From an uncultured Veillonellaceae bacterium (GTDB lineage: Bacteria; Bacillota; Negativicutes; JARBTT01): a stretch of DNA of 64,000 nt. The stretch lies in the NCBI GenBank assembly GCA_963805085.1, contig CAWDTA010000004.1, forward strand, positions 192,001 to 256,000, given 5' to 3'. Each line of letters starts with the position of its first letter. Within the stretch, counting starts at the first letter, position 1. The notes beneath the pieces are model-generated. The model made no database searches. It was not told the origin of the DNA and saw only the letters and a program-made list of their open reading frames with translations. Positions 31,203 through 41,495 of this stretch are shown piece by piece. The translations under genes were made by a program, and so were the position numbers.

Positions 31203-32525
31203 TTATCTACGTTTTCTATTTTTATCTTTTGTATTATTATTTTGTTCTTTACCTGTTGGCTTTGGTTTACGACGACTGCGATTATTCGATCCACCGTGTT
31301 TTGTCCCTTTGCGATTTGCATATTTACTCAAAGAAACTCTTTTTTCTTTTTTCGGCTCTAGGTCTTTTTCTTGCTCTGTTTTCACTCTAGCAACTTGTTC
31401 TTTGTTTGCTTTTACCGTTGCCTTTTGTCTATTAATACGATTCTTAATCCCTTGTTCAATGATACGGAGGAAATCATGTTGCCGTGCATTGACAAAGGTA
31501 ATCGCTTTCCCTTTTTCCCCAGCGCGACCGGTTCTACCGATACGGTGGATATAGCTTTCTACATCATGGGGAATGTCATAGTTAAACACATGGGTTACGC
31601 CTTCTACATCAAGACCACGTGCTGCAATATCAGTAGCAACTAAAATTTGCAATTTAGCCGTACTAAAACGACGCATGACTTGCGTCCGTTTCGCCTGCGT
31701 TAAATCACCATGCAATTCATCTACTAAGTAGCCACGTCTTGCAAGTTCTGTCGTTACTTCAGTTACGCGTTGCTTGGTATGACAAAATACCATAGCAAGA
31801 TATGGTTGGTATTCGTTAATCATCGCACAGAGCTGATCTAATTTCGTATCTTCGTTTGTATCAATGATCACTTGCTCAATTTCATCTAATGTAATATTTT
31901 CTGCTTGAATATGAATATCTTGTGGAGATTTCATATAATGATAGGAAAGTCCACGAATACGTTCGGGAATCGTTGCTGAGAAGAACATCGTTTGACGGTC
32001 ACCTGCTGTTTGTTTTAGCAAGGCTTCTACTTCTTCTAAAAATCCCATGTGAAGCATTTGATCCGCTTCATCGAGCACTACTTTGTTTACGCCAGCAAGA
32101 CTTAATCTTTCACGACGCAATAAATCTAAAATACGCCCTGGCGTTCCAATGATAATATGCGGTTTTTGTCCTAACTTTTGCACTTGCCGATCAACGGCTT
32201 GCCCACCATAAACAGTTAACGATCGTACACCAATACTAGCACCAATTTTTTGCGCTACCGAAGTTATCTGTAGTGCAAGTTCCCTCGTTGGCGTAACGAT
32301 TAGCGCTTGAACTACGGGAGCATTGACTTTGATTTTTTCCATGATCGGTAGTAAAAAAGCAAGTGTCTTTCCTGTACCAGTCTGTGCTTGCACGATAACA
32401 TCTTTCCCACTACGAATCACTGGTATTGCTACTTCTTGTACTGGTGTCGCTTCTATAATACCATTTTGTTTTAATACCAAACATAACTCTTCATTGATTT
32501 TAAGTTCTACAAACTTTTTCCCCAC
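31203..32525 (-). CDS. DEAD-box RNA helicase
   Basis: AQTGTGKT, PTRELA, TPGR, DEAD, SAT, ARGLD, HRIGRTGR; basic C-terminal tail. Confidence 0.95.
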   Translation of the reverse strand: MGKKFVELKINEELCLVLKQNGIIEATPVQEVAIPVIRSGKDVIVQAQTGTGKTLAFLLPIMEKIKVNAPVVQALIVTPTRELALQITSVAQKIGASIGVRSLTVYGGQAVDRQVQKLGQKPHIIIGTPGRILDLLRRERLSLAGVNKVVLDEADQMLHMGFLEEVEALLKQTAGDRQTMFFSATIPERIRGLSYHYMKSPQDIHIQAENITLDEIEQVIIDTNEDTKLDQLCAMINEYQPYLAMVFCHTKQRVTEVTTELARRGYLVDELHGDLTQAKRTQVMRRFSTAKLQILVATDIAARGLDVEGVTHVFNYDIPHDVESYIHRIGRTGRAGEKGKAITFVNARQHDFLRIIEQGIKNRINRQKATVKANKEQVARVKTEQEKDLEPKKEKRVSLSKYANRKGTKHGGSNNRSRRKPKPTGKEQNNNTKDKNRKRR

Positions 32526-32546
32526 TAAATGCACCTCTTATTTTTA

Positions 32547-32738
32547 TTATAATATTTCTTGTACTCTGCCAACAATGCCGCCTACCAAACGAACTTTAAT
32601 CCCCCGAGGATGAATTGCACTATTTGTTAAAAGGTCTTTTACAATCCCCTCTGTTAATTGTCCAGTCCGTTGATGCTCTTTCTGGACGATCTTCACTTTT
32701 GTCCCAGCCTTTATATTTTTTCTTTCTGTACCGTTCAT
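32547..32738 (-). CDS. YwbE family small protein
   Basis: V.IVQKEHQRTG.LTEG.VKDLLTNS..HPRGIKVRL..G.VGRVQ. Confidence 0.85.
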   Translation of the reverse strand: MNGTERKNIKAGTKVKIVQKEHQRTGQLTEGIVKDLLTNSAIHPRGIKVRLVGGIVGRVQEIL

Positions 32739-32900
32739 GATTAACCTCATTTTTTATTCATTCTATTTCTATTTTAGTTTAATTTTGCAAAAAAAACAAA
32801 TGAACTTCCAATAATACTCTTATATGATATTATTATAAGTAAAACGATATCATATAAGTAGTCACTTATATAAAATTAAAAATTGAAAGGATTCAATTGT

Positions 32901-33563
32901 ATGAATTTATTATTGGTAGAAGATGAAGTAAAGCTAAGTGAGTCTCTGACTGTATTAATCAGCCGTGCCGGTTACACCGTTGATACTGCTTTAGATGGCT
33001 TAAAAGCTTTAGAAAAAATTAGAAATAATGAGTATGCTGTAATTATTTTAGATCGAATGTTACCTTGTTTAGATGGACTATCTGTATTACAGCAAATGCG
33101 TAAAGAAAAAAACAATACACCGGTTTTATTCTTAACGGCGAAAGATTCACCTTCGGAGCGTGTTGCTGGTCTAGAAGCTGGGGCTGACGACTACTTAATC
33201 AAACCATTCTTTACCGAAGAATTACTAGCAAGAATCAAAGTATTAATTAAACGTGTAGAAAAGAAAGCACCTGAAGGCGTTATCGAAGTCGCAGGTATCA
33301 CGTTATATACACTGCATGGCGAAGTCATCAATGGCAAAGAAAAATTCCAGCTCACAGTAAAAGAAGCAGCTTTGCTGGCACTTTTAATGAGCAATAAAGG
33401 GCAAGTCATCACCAAAGAACGTATTATGGAAAAAATTTGGGGCTATGATAGTGAAACGAATATTGCGAATGTCGATCTCTACATCTATTATTTACGAAAA
33501 AAATTAAATATATCAAATATCAAAACTATCCGTGGCATTGGTTACTGTTTTGAGGAGGAGTAA
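32901..33563 (+). CDS. OmpR family response regulator
   Basis: LLVEDE, LDRMLP, FLTAK, GADDYLIKPF, LRKKL, TIRGIGY. Confidence 0.92.
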   Translation: MNLLLVEDEVKLSESLTVLISRAGYTVDTALDGLKALEKIRNNEYAVIILDRMLPCLDGLSVLQQMRKEKNNTPVLFLTAKDSPSERVAGLEAGADDYLIKPFFTEELLARIKVLIKRVEKKAPEGVIEVAGITLYTLHGEVINGKEKFQLTVKEAALLALLMSNKGQVITKERIMEKIWGYDSETNIANVDLYIYYLRKKLNISNIKTIRGIGYCFEEE

Positions 33564-33566
33564 CTG

Positions 33567-34829
33567 ATGTTTAAAAAACTTCGCCTAAAATTAACTCTAA
33601 TCAACGTAAGCGTAATCGTAACACTATTTATTATTTTAAGCATCAGTTTATATGCCCTCTTAAGAATGAGTTCTCAACAAGGCACGATTTTTATGCTACA
33701 AAAGATAAGTGATGATGTTAAATATGACGAGAATTTTGAATTTCCTGAACATAAGAAGCCAGAAAAACCACCTAGCGATTTTACTGGCTTCATGCCACCA
33801 CCAAAACCAAATTTCTTCTTTGTAAAAGTTGCAAATAATGGAACTGTCCTTATGCATTCTACTGGTATTACGGTTACCGACTCGCAACTTCCAGAATTAA
33901 TTCATATCACAGCAGCAAAAAAATTAGATATGGACACCATTAATTTTGAAACTATTCCATTTGCTTATTTGCGAACCTATTTACCAGAGGAAAACTGCAC
34001 ACTGCTTGTATTTAACGATAAATCTGAACAAGAAGAACATATGAATCAACTGATAACCCATCTCTTACTGGTAGGTCTAGTTTGTAGCTTACTTTCATTC
34101 TTCGCAAGCTTTTTCTTAGCGAAACACACGATCAAACCAATTCAAGCTTCACTAGAACAACAAAATAATTTTGTTTCTGATGCTTCTCACGAGCTTAGAA
34201 CGCCAATTACGATCATTCAGACGAATTTAGATATCATCAAAGGTGCGCCACCTCACGAAACAATTGCGGATAATGAAAAATGGCTGAACAATATCCAAGA
34301 TGAAACCACCTGCATGACCGAACTTATTAATTCCTTATTATTCTTAGCACGGGCTGATGCCAACCAGCAGCTAATGGAAAAAGAATATTTCCCATTAAAT
34401 CCGACAATCTTGGATGCCATTCACCCTTTTGAAGTTATAGCCAAAAGAAATAATATTACACTTACGACAGATATGAATGGCCAAGTTACGGCTTTAGGAG
34501 ACTCTATTCGCCTTAAGCAGGTTCTTACGATACTGATTGACAATGCCATTCGCCATACACCAAAGCACGGTAGCGTCGTTGCTGGCTGTCATACCAAAGA
34601 TGATGCCATCTATATTACCGTTACCGATACTGGTGAAGGTATCGCGAAAGAACACCAACACAAAATCTTTGATAGATTTTATCAGGTTGACGAATCTCGC
34701 CATAAAGGCGGTTCTGGACTGGGCTTATCGATTGCCCAGTGGATTATTGAACAACATGGTGGAATGATTGGTGTGAAAAGCACCGTAGGTAAAGGTACAA
34801 CTTTTACAATCAAATTACCAACAAAATAA
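33567..34829 (+). CDS. Sensor histidine kinase (2 TM, HisKA, HATPase)
   Basis: FVSDASHELRTP, DNAIRH, DTGEG, GSGLGL; Pro-rich extracytoplasmic segment. Confidence 0.92.
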   Translation: MFKKLRLKLTLINVSVIVTLFIILSISLYALLRMSSQQGTIFMLQKISDDVKYDENFEFPEHKKPEKPPSDFTGFMPPPKPNFFFVKVANNGTVLMHSTGITVTDSQLPELIHITAAKKLDMDTINFETIPFAYLRTYLPEENCTLLVFNDKSEQEEHMNQLITHLLLVGLVCSLLSFFASFFLAKHTIKPIQASLEQQNNFVSDASHELRTPITIIQTNLDIIKGAPPHETIADNEKWLNNIQDETTCMTELINSLLFLARADANQQLMEKEYFPLNPTILDAIHPFEVIAKRNNITLTTDMNGQVTALGDSIRLKQVLTILIDNAIRHTPKHGSVVAGCHTKDDAIYITVTDTGEGIAKEHQHKIFDRFYQVDESRHKGGSGLGLSIAQWIIEQHGGMIGVKSTVGKGTTFTIKLPTK

Positions 34830-34869
34830 AATGAGAATGGACTGTAAAAAAACAGTCCATTCTCATTTT
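34829..34869. terminator. Bidirectional terminator
   Basis: AAAATGAGAATGGACTG..CAGTCCATTCTCATTTT. Confidence 0.8.
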
Positions 34870-34929
34870 ATTTTCAACTATATAATATAAAATACTGCTT
34901 GATATAAAAAGTAATCATCCATCTGGAAA

Positions 34930-35280
34930 TTAAACATTGGCATCACTTTCTTTTGTTTGACTCGTAAGTTCTACAGAGTATGCATCACCATTTTTTTAGC
35001 TAGCTTACTTGTTTCATTGGTTTTTGCTTTACTGCTAGTCGTCGAACTTGTTGAGCTTGAATTTTGCGCTTCTGCAATTTGTTCATCAATTTTCTCGACC
35101 TGCTTTTCATAATTTTTAATCGCTGCTTTATTCTTTTCTGCATCAGCTTGTTTCAATTGATTAACTTGATTTTGTAATAACATCTTTTTTTTGCTGCAAT
35201 GCAGCAATTGTAGATTGAGCATCTGATGTAGAGCCACTCGTTGCAGAACTACTCGTTGAGGAAATAGTACCAATACTCAT
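34930..35280 (-). pseudogene. FlxA-like Ser-rich/coiled-coil gene broken by two compensating poly-A frameshifts
   Basis: ATG at 35280 after GAAGGA gives MSIGTISSTSS...AALQQK; shift at A8 (35185-35192) into ..MLLQNQVNQLKQ..IDEQIAEAQ..; shift at A7 (34991-34997) into GDAYSVELTSQ..*; AYSVEL is shared with the neighbouring paralog. Confidence 0.65.
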
Positions 35281-35476
35281 ATAAATTCCTTCTAATACAT
35301 TAATTTGATAAAACACCACAATATCTACTACTAAATAACATTTTCAGCTAAAAGTCATACAATTTCTACCATTATTATCTTCTACATTTCTTTTAAAAGA
35401 GTTTGAACATAAAAAATGTTAGAGATTGTAGCCTTTAAAGGAATACGATCTCTAACATTTTTTGATTTTCTAACTA

Positions 35477-35863
35477 TTAACATACCATATATGTAATTTC
35501 ACTATCGGCCGTATACCCAAACGGGCGATAAGTAAGTTGATCATTACTTAATTCAACGCTATAAGCCGGGCCAATCATTGTAACAATTTCACTAGCTGCT
35601 GTTGACTCATAACTTTTTGACTCGGTCGCTGAAGTTACTGATTTTACTTTTGAAATCTGATTGTCGACATCTTCAATTTGCTGTTTTAACGTAGAAATCG
35701 CAGCTGTATTATCTTTATCATCACTCGCTGCTAATTGATTCATGTGCTGTTGCATGGACGCCTTCCGTTTTTTTGAAGACATCAAGAGTACTTCCTTACT
35801 GTCTGTACTATAACTCTGATACGTGCTGTAACTACTAGTAGGTGAAACACTATTAATTTTCAT
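35477..35863 (-). CDS. FlxA-like Ser-rich/coiled-coil small protein
   Basis: M.I.SVS Ser-rich N-terminus, heptad segment ISTLKQQIEDVDNQISKV, GPAYSVELS. Confidence 0.6.
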   Translation of the reverse strand: MKINSVSPTSSYSTYQSYSTDSKEVLLMSSKKRKASMQQHMNQLAASDDKDNTAAISTLKQQIEDVDNQISKVKSVTSATESKSYESTAASEIVTMIGPAYSVELSNDQLTYRPFGYTADSEITYMVC

Positions 35864-35918
35864 GTTATAGCCCGCCTTTCAATCTAAACTATTTTAAAAT
35901 CGAATACTTATAGTACTT

Positions 35919-35973
35919 ATTATGCAACTCTTTTTTTTGAAATGACTTTGATTTTCCTTTGATTATTATTTGA
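35919..35973 (-). promoter_or_regulatory. Promoter with four TCAAA(G) direct repeats (11-bp period) 10 nt upstream of CATAAT
   Basis: Minus strand TCAAAT-N5-TCAAAG-N5-TCAAAG-N5-TCAAAA-N10-CATAAT. Confidence 0.6.
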
Positions 35974-36016
35974 TTTTTAAAATCAGGAATATACTCCTTG
36001 TCTTTGATCTATACAC

Positions 36017-36171
36017 GAAAAAATCAGGGCCTATGGATAGCCCTGATTTTTTCAGAATAAGAATAATTTGGGTGTGTGTGTGATGTTGTGAGTCTTTGGA
36101 CAACCGAGGTTGTCCTGTTCTAACTTGTGTGAGTTAGAAGTGTGTGTGTGAAATAAATGAGTCAATCTACA
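36017..36171 (-). ncRNA. Candidate CA-repeat small RNA (~155 nt)
   Basis: Own promoter (36178-36221), two (CA)5C tracts, two hairpins, strong terminator at 36017-36053, no ORF or RBS. Confidence 0.6.
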
Positions 36172-36177
36172 ATTATT

Positions 36178-36221
36178 ATTATGCTATACTTTTCTTTGAA
36201 AATCCTTTGATTTTCCTTTGT
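36178..36221 (-). promoter_or_regulatory. Promoter with three (T/A)CAAAG direct repeats 10 nt upstream of CATAAT
   Basis: Minus strand ACAAAG-N5-TCAAAG-N5-TCAAAG-N10-CATAAT. Confidence 0.6.
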
Positions 36222-36309
36222 CTTTCATTTATTTGTACATTTATTTTTCTTTTTTTACATTTAAAATACTTAATTCACGCACTATGATACCATCTTATTT
36301 AAATAGTTT

Positions 36310-38247
36310 TTATTTTGCCATTAATTGCGCTATTTTGTTGGCAAAGGCAATTGGATCTTCCGGCAAGATCCCTTCGATTAATAATGCTTGTGTATAAAGT
36401 AAATCGCAATAATCCTTGAACGTATCAGAAGTCGCATCTTGATTAAAAATCGCTTGCAAACGGCCAAACAATTCATGATGTGGATTAATTTCTAAAATAC
36501 GGCGCGCTTTAAACATTGGATTGTTTGCTTCAGCAAAAACTTGTTCCATCGATAAACTAATCCCATTGTTGTCACTGACTAGGCACACTGCACTAGCTTT
36601 TAAGCGATTACTAATTTTTACATCGGCAATTTTATTATCTAAGGTTTCTTTAATTGCTTTGATTAAACTTTCATTATCTTTAGCAATCGTTTCAGCTTCT
36701 TTCTTCACTTCTTGTGCTTCTACGTCATCTAATTCTAAATCACCACGACTAACTGAATGAAATTTCTTATCGCCATATTCGCGTAATGCTTCAATCGCAA
36801 ATTCATCGACAGTATCGAATAAGTATAATACTTCAATACCTTTTTCTCGTAACAATTCCATTTGTGGTAGACGATCAATGGTTGCAGGATCTTTCCCTGT
36901 TGCATAGTAGATTGCTTTTTGGCTTTCTGGCATACGTTCTTTATATTCTTTTAAGCTTGTTAAGCTAGAACCTTCTTTCGAAGAAGCAAATAGCAACAAG
37001 TCTTTTAATTTCGCACTATCTTGTGGGTTTGTATAAACACCAATTTTAAAGGATTTACCAAATTCACCCCAGAATTTTTCGTATTTTTCACGGTCTTTAT
37101 TGAGCATTTTTTCTAGTGTTTTTAAGACATTCTTTTCAAGGTTTTTACCAATTAATTTGAGTTCACGACTTTGTTGTAATAACTCACGAGAAATATTTAA
37201 AGAGAAATCTGGTGAATCCACAAGTCCACGAACAAATCTCAAGTAATCTGGTAATAATTCTTGACATTTTTCCATGATGAATACATGACGAGAGTAAAGT
37301 TGAATACCAGCACTGTACTCTGCATGATATAAATTATATGGTGCATGCGTTGGAATGAATAAAATGGTTGTATATTCTACTGTACCTTCTGCTTTTGAAT
37401 GGATAATTTCCATTGGTTCTTCCCATTCATGGAATAGATTTTTGTAAAATTCATTATATTCTTCTGGCTTAATATCGTTTTTATTTTTTGTCCAAAGTGG
37501 CTGCATCGAATTTAATATGCGTATTTCATTGCGTTTTATTTTCTCTGCACCTTCGATTGGTTTGCCTTCTTCATCTTTTTGTTCTTCTTCAACAATAAAA
37601 TTCATTTTGATTGGAAAACGCACATAGTCTGAATACTTTTTAATTAAACTTTCTAAGGTATAAGTTTGCAAGAAGTTTTCTTCGGCCTTTTCGCCAAAGA
37701 ATTCTGGTAATAATGTCAAAATAATTGTCGTTCCACGATCAGCTTTTTCCGTTTCTTCAATGCTATAGCTGCCATCTCCAGTAGATTCCCATTTAACCCC
37801 TTTGCTTTCGCCAGCTTTACGCGTAATCAGCGTTACTTTTTCTGCTACCATGAAAGCAGAATAAAAACCAACACCAAATTGACCGATCAATTCTTTATCA
37901 GAAACCGATTCTTTTTGTTCTTTTAACTTTTCTAAGAATGATTTTGTACCCGATTTTGCAATTGTACCAACATTTTCGATAACTTCATCGTAAGTCATCC
38001 CAATCCCATTATCAGAAATTGTTAACGTATGGCTTTCCTCATCAGGAACTAAGTAAATTTCAAAATCAGATTTACCTTCTAATAATTCTTGATTGGTAAT
38101 TGATTCGAAACGAATTTTATCAATTGCATCCGATGCATTGGATACCAATTCCCGTAAAAAGATCTCACGATTCGTATAAATTGAATGAACCATTAAGTCC
38201 AATAATTGTTTCGTTTCTGCTTGAAACTCGCGCATTTCTTTTGCCAT
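36310..38247 (-). CDS. htpG: Molecular chaperone Hsp90
   Basis: FLRELVSNASDA, DNGIGMT, GTIAKSG, IGQFGVGFYSAF, LEINPHH. Confidence 0.97.
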   Translation of the reverse strand: MAKEMREFQAETKQLLDLMVHSIYTNREIFLRELVSNASDAIDKIRFESITNQELLEGKSDFEIYLVPDEESHTLTISDNGIGMTYDEVIENVGTIAKSGTKSFLEKLKEQKESVSDKELIGQFGVGFYSAFMVAEKVTLITRKAGESKGVKWESTGDGSYSIEETEKADRGTTIILTLLPEFFGEKAEENFLQTYTLESLIKKYSDYVRFPIKMNFIVEEEQKDEEGKPIEGAEKIKRNEIRILNSMQPLWTKNKNDIKPEEYNEFYKNLFHEWEEPMEIIHSKAEGTVEYTTILFIPTHAPYNLYHAEYSAGIQLYSRHVFIMEKCQELLPDYLRFVRGLVDSPDFSLNISRELLQQSRELKLIGKNLEKNVLKTLEKMLNKDREKYEKFWGEFGKSFKIGVYTNPQDSAKLKDLLLFASSKEGSSLTSLKEYKERMPESQKAIYYATGKDPATIDRLPQMELLREKGIEVLYLFDTVDEFAIEALREYGDKKFHSVSRGDLELDDVEAQEVKKEAETIAKDNESLIKAIKETLDNKIADVKISNRLKASAVCLVSDNNGISLSMEQVFAEANNPMFKARRILEINPHHELFGRLQAIFNQDATSDTFKDYCDLLYTQALLIEGILPEDPIAFANKIAQLMAK

Positions 38248-38282
38248 TCTATAAACCCCTTTACCTTAGTTATTTTTCATTG

Positions 38283-38309
38283 TTAGCACTCTGTGTCTGT
38301 GAGTGCTAA
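38283..38309. promoter_or_regulatory. CIRCE element (HrcA operator)
   Basis: Perfect TTAGCACTC-N9-GAGTGCTAA upstream of htpG. Confidence 0.95.
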
Positions 38310-38386
38310 CCCTATTGATAATAATAACTCTATTTGGCATTTAAATCAATATCTACAAGGCTTTTTTGTATAAAATTTTATTAATC

Positions 38387-38632
38387 TTAATGGTCTGGGG
38401 ACGAAAAATTTTTACACGTTACGTTTTTAAGCCAACTCATATGCAATATAACATGAAGAAGTATTGCTATGGTCATGATATACCCAGTCCAAATATGCAT
38501 TTTTTTCACCATCATACCTATTTCCCTTGTGCTCGCAAGATGAAAATCAATGACATAACCCGTACTTAGACATCCCACGCCAGAAATTAACAAGATAATA
38601 TCCACCCAATAATTTTTCATTACTTTTGTCAT
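38387..38632 (-). CDS. DUF4405-like small membrane protein (His-ligand, cytochrome b-like helices)
   Basis: NYWVD..L.....STG...MHIWTG.....LHVILHMSWL; GGAGG RBS. Confidence 0.65.
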   Translation of the reverse strand: MTKVMKNYWVDIILLISGVGCLSTGYVIDFHLASTREIGMMVKKMHIWTGYIMTIAILLHVILHMSWLKNVTCKNFSSPDH

Positions 38633-38829
38633 ACTATTTCAATCCTCCAATATGTCTTTTAAAATTATAGTTAGAATATACCATTTATGTATGACAATTC
38701 AATGACAATATTTATATTTACGGGACTAAACATAACATTTATTTATGTTTATGCTATAATAGAACATTAATATGATAGTAATATTCTATTGCAAAAATTT
38801 AATCAATCATTTTTAGGAGGATACTTATT

Positions 38830-39069
38830 ATGCTAAAATCTATATCAAATTTTATTATAGGATTTGCCGTTTTTTTTATTATTTATTCCTTCATGAATAT
38901 GAATGCACTATCAACGAGTGAATTTTATATCAATATAGCGCTGGCCATTTCTTTCATTTGCACTAATATTTTTAACGTTATAAACTTTAACCGAGAAGGA
39001 ATGATCATCCTAAACACAATTACAATCATTTGCCTCTTGATTGCAATCATTTTATGGCTTATATCTTAG
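38830..39069 (+). CDS. Hypothetical small membrane protein (3 TM)
   Basis: AGGAGG RBS; hydrophobic 79-aa ORF. Confidence 0.6.
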   Translation: MLKSISNFIIGFAVFFIIYSFMNMNALSTSEFYINIALAISFICTNIFNVINFNREGMIILNTITIICLLIAIILWLIS

Positions 39070-39269
39070 CCCCTCCTTCTTCTATTTCAGAACAGTTTCC
39101 CAACTTCTACACAAGCCTTTAGCATTAAAATCTCGAATGAAAAAGTGGTATAAAATTAGCTTTCTGTTGCTATTTATACCACTTTTTTCGTTTATTTTTT
39201 ATTAATTTAATTCTATAATTTTGATATTTTATAAAACATTCTTAAGACAACTGCTTTGCGAGACAAACA

Positions 39270-41252
39270 TTAAACATTAAATTTATTTACTTCATTTTGT
39301 AAATCTTGTGCTAGTCTTGCCAAGGATTGACTGGCTGTAGTCATCTCATGCACAGAAGCCGACTGTTCTTCAGTTGCCGCCGAAACCGTTTGTGCTTCTT
39401 CTGAGGTTGCTTTACTAACTTGATGAATATTTTTCGTAGAATCATCAATTTGTTTCGCACCATCTGTAATCTTTTCTACTGAAACTTGGGCCAATTTCAC
39501 TCGATCATTAATCAAAATAACCATCTCATCAATTTCTTTAAAAATGTTACCAGCATTATTTACAATTTCGGCCCCATGTTTCACTTCATCGGTTCCATTA
39601 TGCATTGCATCAACTGCATGATCTGTGTCTACTTGAATTTGATGAATAAGTATCGCGATATGTTTTGCCGCTTCTTGTGACTGCTCAGCAAGCTTTCTCA
39701 CTTCTTCCGCTACAACTGCGAAACCTTTACCTTGTTCACCCGCCCGCGCCGCTTCAATTGCTGCATTTAATGCCAATAGATTAGTCTGCCCGGCAAGCCC
39801 AGAAATCGTATCTACAATTGCCCCGATTTCTTTCGAACGATCGCCCAATCCTTCCACTACTTGCGCGGAAACTCCAACGACAGATTCAATACTTTTCATT
39901 TGCTCTACAGCCTCTGCAACTGCTTGATTGCCTAAATTGGCTTTTGCTGCCGCACCAGACGCTTGTTCAACAACACGCTCTGTATTTGTTATCAGTTCTC
40001 TAATATTCTTACCAATACTTTCAACTTCTTGGGTTACTGTATCAATAGCCATCACTTGATTATCTGCCCCACCTGCTACATTCGTAATCGACTCAGCAAC
40101 CTGTAGAGATACTTGTGCCGATTGTTCCGCACTTGCCGTTAATTCCTCACTGGCTGCAGCAACTTGTTCAGCTGAATTGCTCACTTGTCTAATTAATGAT
40201 CCCAAAGATTTACGCATTTGAATCAAAGAATTATCAAGTCTGCCAATTTCATCATTACGATCTTGTATTTTCCGTTCAGTTTCTCTAAAATCACCATTTG
40301 CAAGTCTTTCTGAAAGCTCGGTCATTATTTGCATAGCATTTGTAATCTTCAAAATAGCCCACAAAATAATACCACCAAGCAATAACGCTATGATAAATGT
40401 ACCAATCGCAAAAAAGATTGCCATTTCATGAACCCCTGCAAACATTTCATTATAGTCCATGGATATACCAAGAACCCAACCACTATTGCCAACTGATACA
40501 CCACCGATGATTTTCTCTGTACCTTCAAACTCAATTGTTTGTACTACGTCTTCTCCTTTAGAAACACGGTCAAAAAAATCAGCTAAAATTGCATTATCAA
40601 CATTTTTAATATTGTCTTCACTTTTAAATTTAGGATGGGTAATAAACGAACCGTTTCTTGCTACCAAGAAAGCATACCCTGTGTTACCAACTTTAAACTC
40701 TTGTACTTTCTTTAATAGTTCTGTTAAATTTACATCATCACAAATCGAACCTTTTAAATTACCATCACTATTCATAATACGCTGACCGAGACTTACGACC
40801 ATACTATTATCCGAACCACTTTTATATACTTCTGTATATAATGGTTTATCTTCCTTAATACTGTTTTTATACCAATCTCTTTGCCTTACATCAACACCTG
40901 GCGGATAAGTCGTATTGTTACTAATTGCATATGTACCATCTTCTAAGCCAATCGTAATATTTAATGTCGTTTTACTTGCACCATCTTTAGTTAAATGAGT
41001 TAAAGTTTTAATTTCATCTAGGGTCAAATTTTGTTTACCGATCAGCACTGTTAAATGCTTAATTTGACTTTCTTCTTGTCTTAACTCATTATTTAATTGT
41101 TCACTATATGAATGCAACATATTACGATTTGTTTCTATAATTTGTGCTTCCATTTGATTTTTAGAAGTGTAATATCCGTAAAAACTCAACAAACTTACGA
41201 ATACTAAAACTGGAGCTAAAATCATGATTAACATCTTTGTTTTTAAATTCAT
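39270..41252 (-). CDS. Methyl-accepting chemotaxis protein (dCache sensor, HAMP)
   Basis: RQRDWYK..YTEVY Cache motif, [44 protein letters not shown]. Confidence 0.93.
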   Translation of the reverse strand: MNLKTKMLIMILAPVLVFVSLLSFYGYYTSKNQMEAQIIETNRNMLHSYSEQLNNELRQEESQIKHLTVLIGKQNLTLDEIKTLTHLTKDGASKTTLNITIGLEDGTYAISNNTTYPPGVDVRQRDWYKNSIKEDKPLYTEVYKSGSDNSMVVSLGQRIMNSDGNLKGSICDDVNLTELLKKVQEFKVGNTGYAFLVARNGSFITHPKFKSEDNIKNVDNAILADFFDRVSKGEDVVQTIEFEGTEKIIGGVSVGNSGWVLGISMDYNEMFAGVHEMAIFFAIGTFIIALLLGGIILWAILKITNAMQIMTELSERLANGDFRETERKIQDRNDEIGRLDNSLIQMRKSLGSLIRQVSNSAEQVAAASEELTASAEQSAQVSLQVAESITNVAGGADNQVMAIDTVTQEVESIGKNIRELITNTERVVEQASGAAAKANLGNQAVAEAVEQMKSIESVVGVSAQVVEGLGDRSKEIGAIVDTISGLAGQTNLLALNAAIEAARAGEQGKGFAVVAEEVRKLAEQSQEAAKHIAILIHQIQVDTDHAVDAMHNGTDEVKHGAEIVNNAGNIFKEIDEMVILINDRVKLAQVSVEKITDGAKQIDDSTKNIHQVSKATSEEAQTVSAATEEQSASVHEMTTASQSLARLAQDLQNEVNKFNV

Positions 41253-41495
41253 ATTTACGCCCTTTCTTTTGAATACAATATACATAATTAAAAATACATA
41301 ATTTAATATTATACTATATATCAAAATTTGTCTATAAAGATTAATTTTGTAAATATTTATAATGAACTATTATAGATACCTTATCATACCATCTTCGCAT
41401 TCAAATCAATCAAAAAAAAGCTAGATTGACATTAATGCCAATCTAGCCTTTTACTTACCCTACCAACTAATTTAGAAAACAATCTATGAGTACAT

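Noticed and set aside
34971-35273. ORF-track 100-aa protein starting MVLFPQ
   Set aside because: It has no RBS and its N-terminus is an out-of-frame read; only the middle belongs to the frameshifted gene starting at 35280.
35281-35345. Sigma-28 (FliA) promoter for the FlxA-like genes
   Set aside because: Only a weak GTAGATAT match with poor -35 spacing; the TCAAAG-repeat architecture fits better.
36072-36150. (GT)n tracts as a simple microsatellite or contamination
   Set aside because: The tracts are short, equal in length, and embedded in duplicated modules between a promoter and a terminator, so I treated them as an sRNA candidate.
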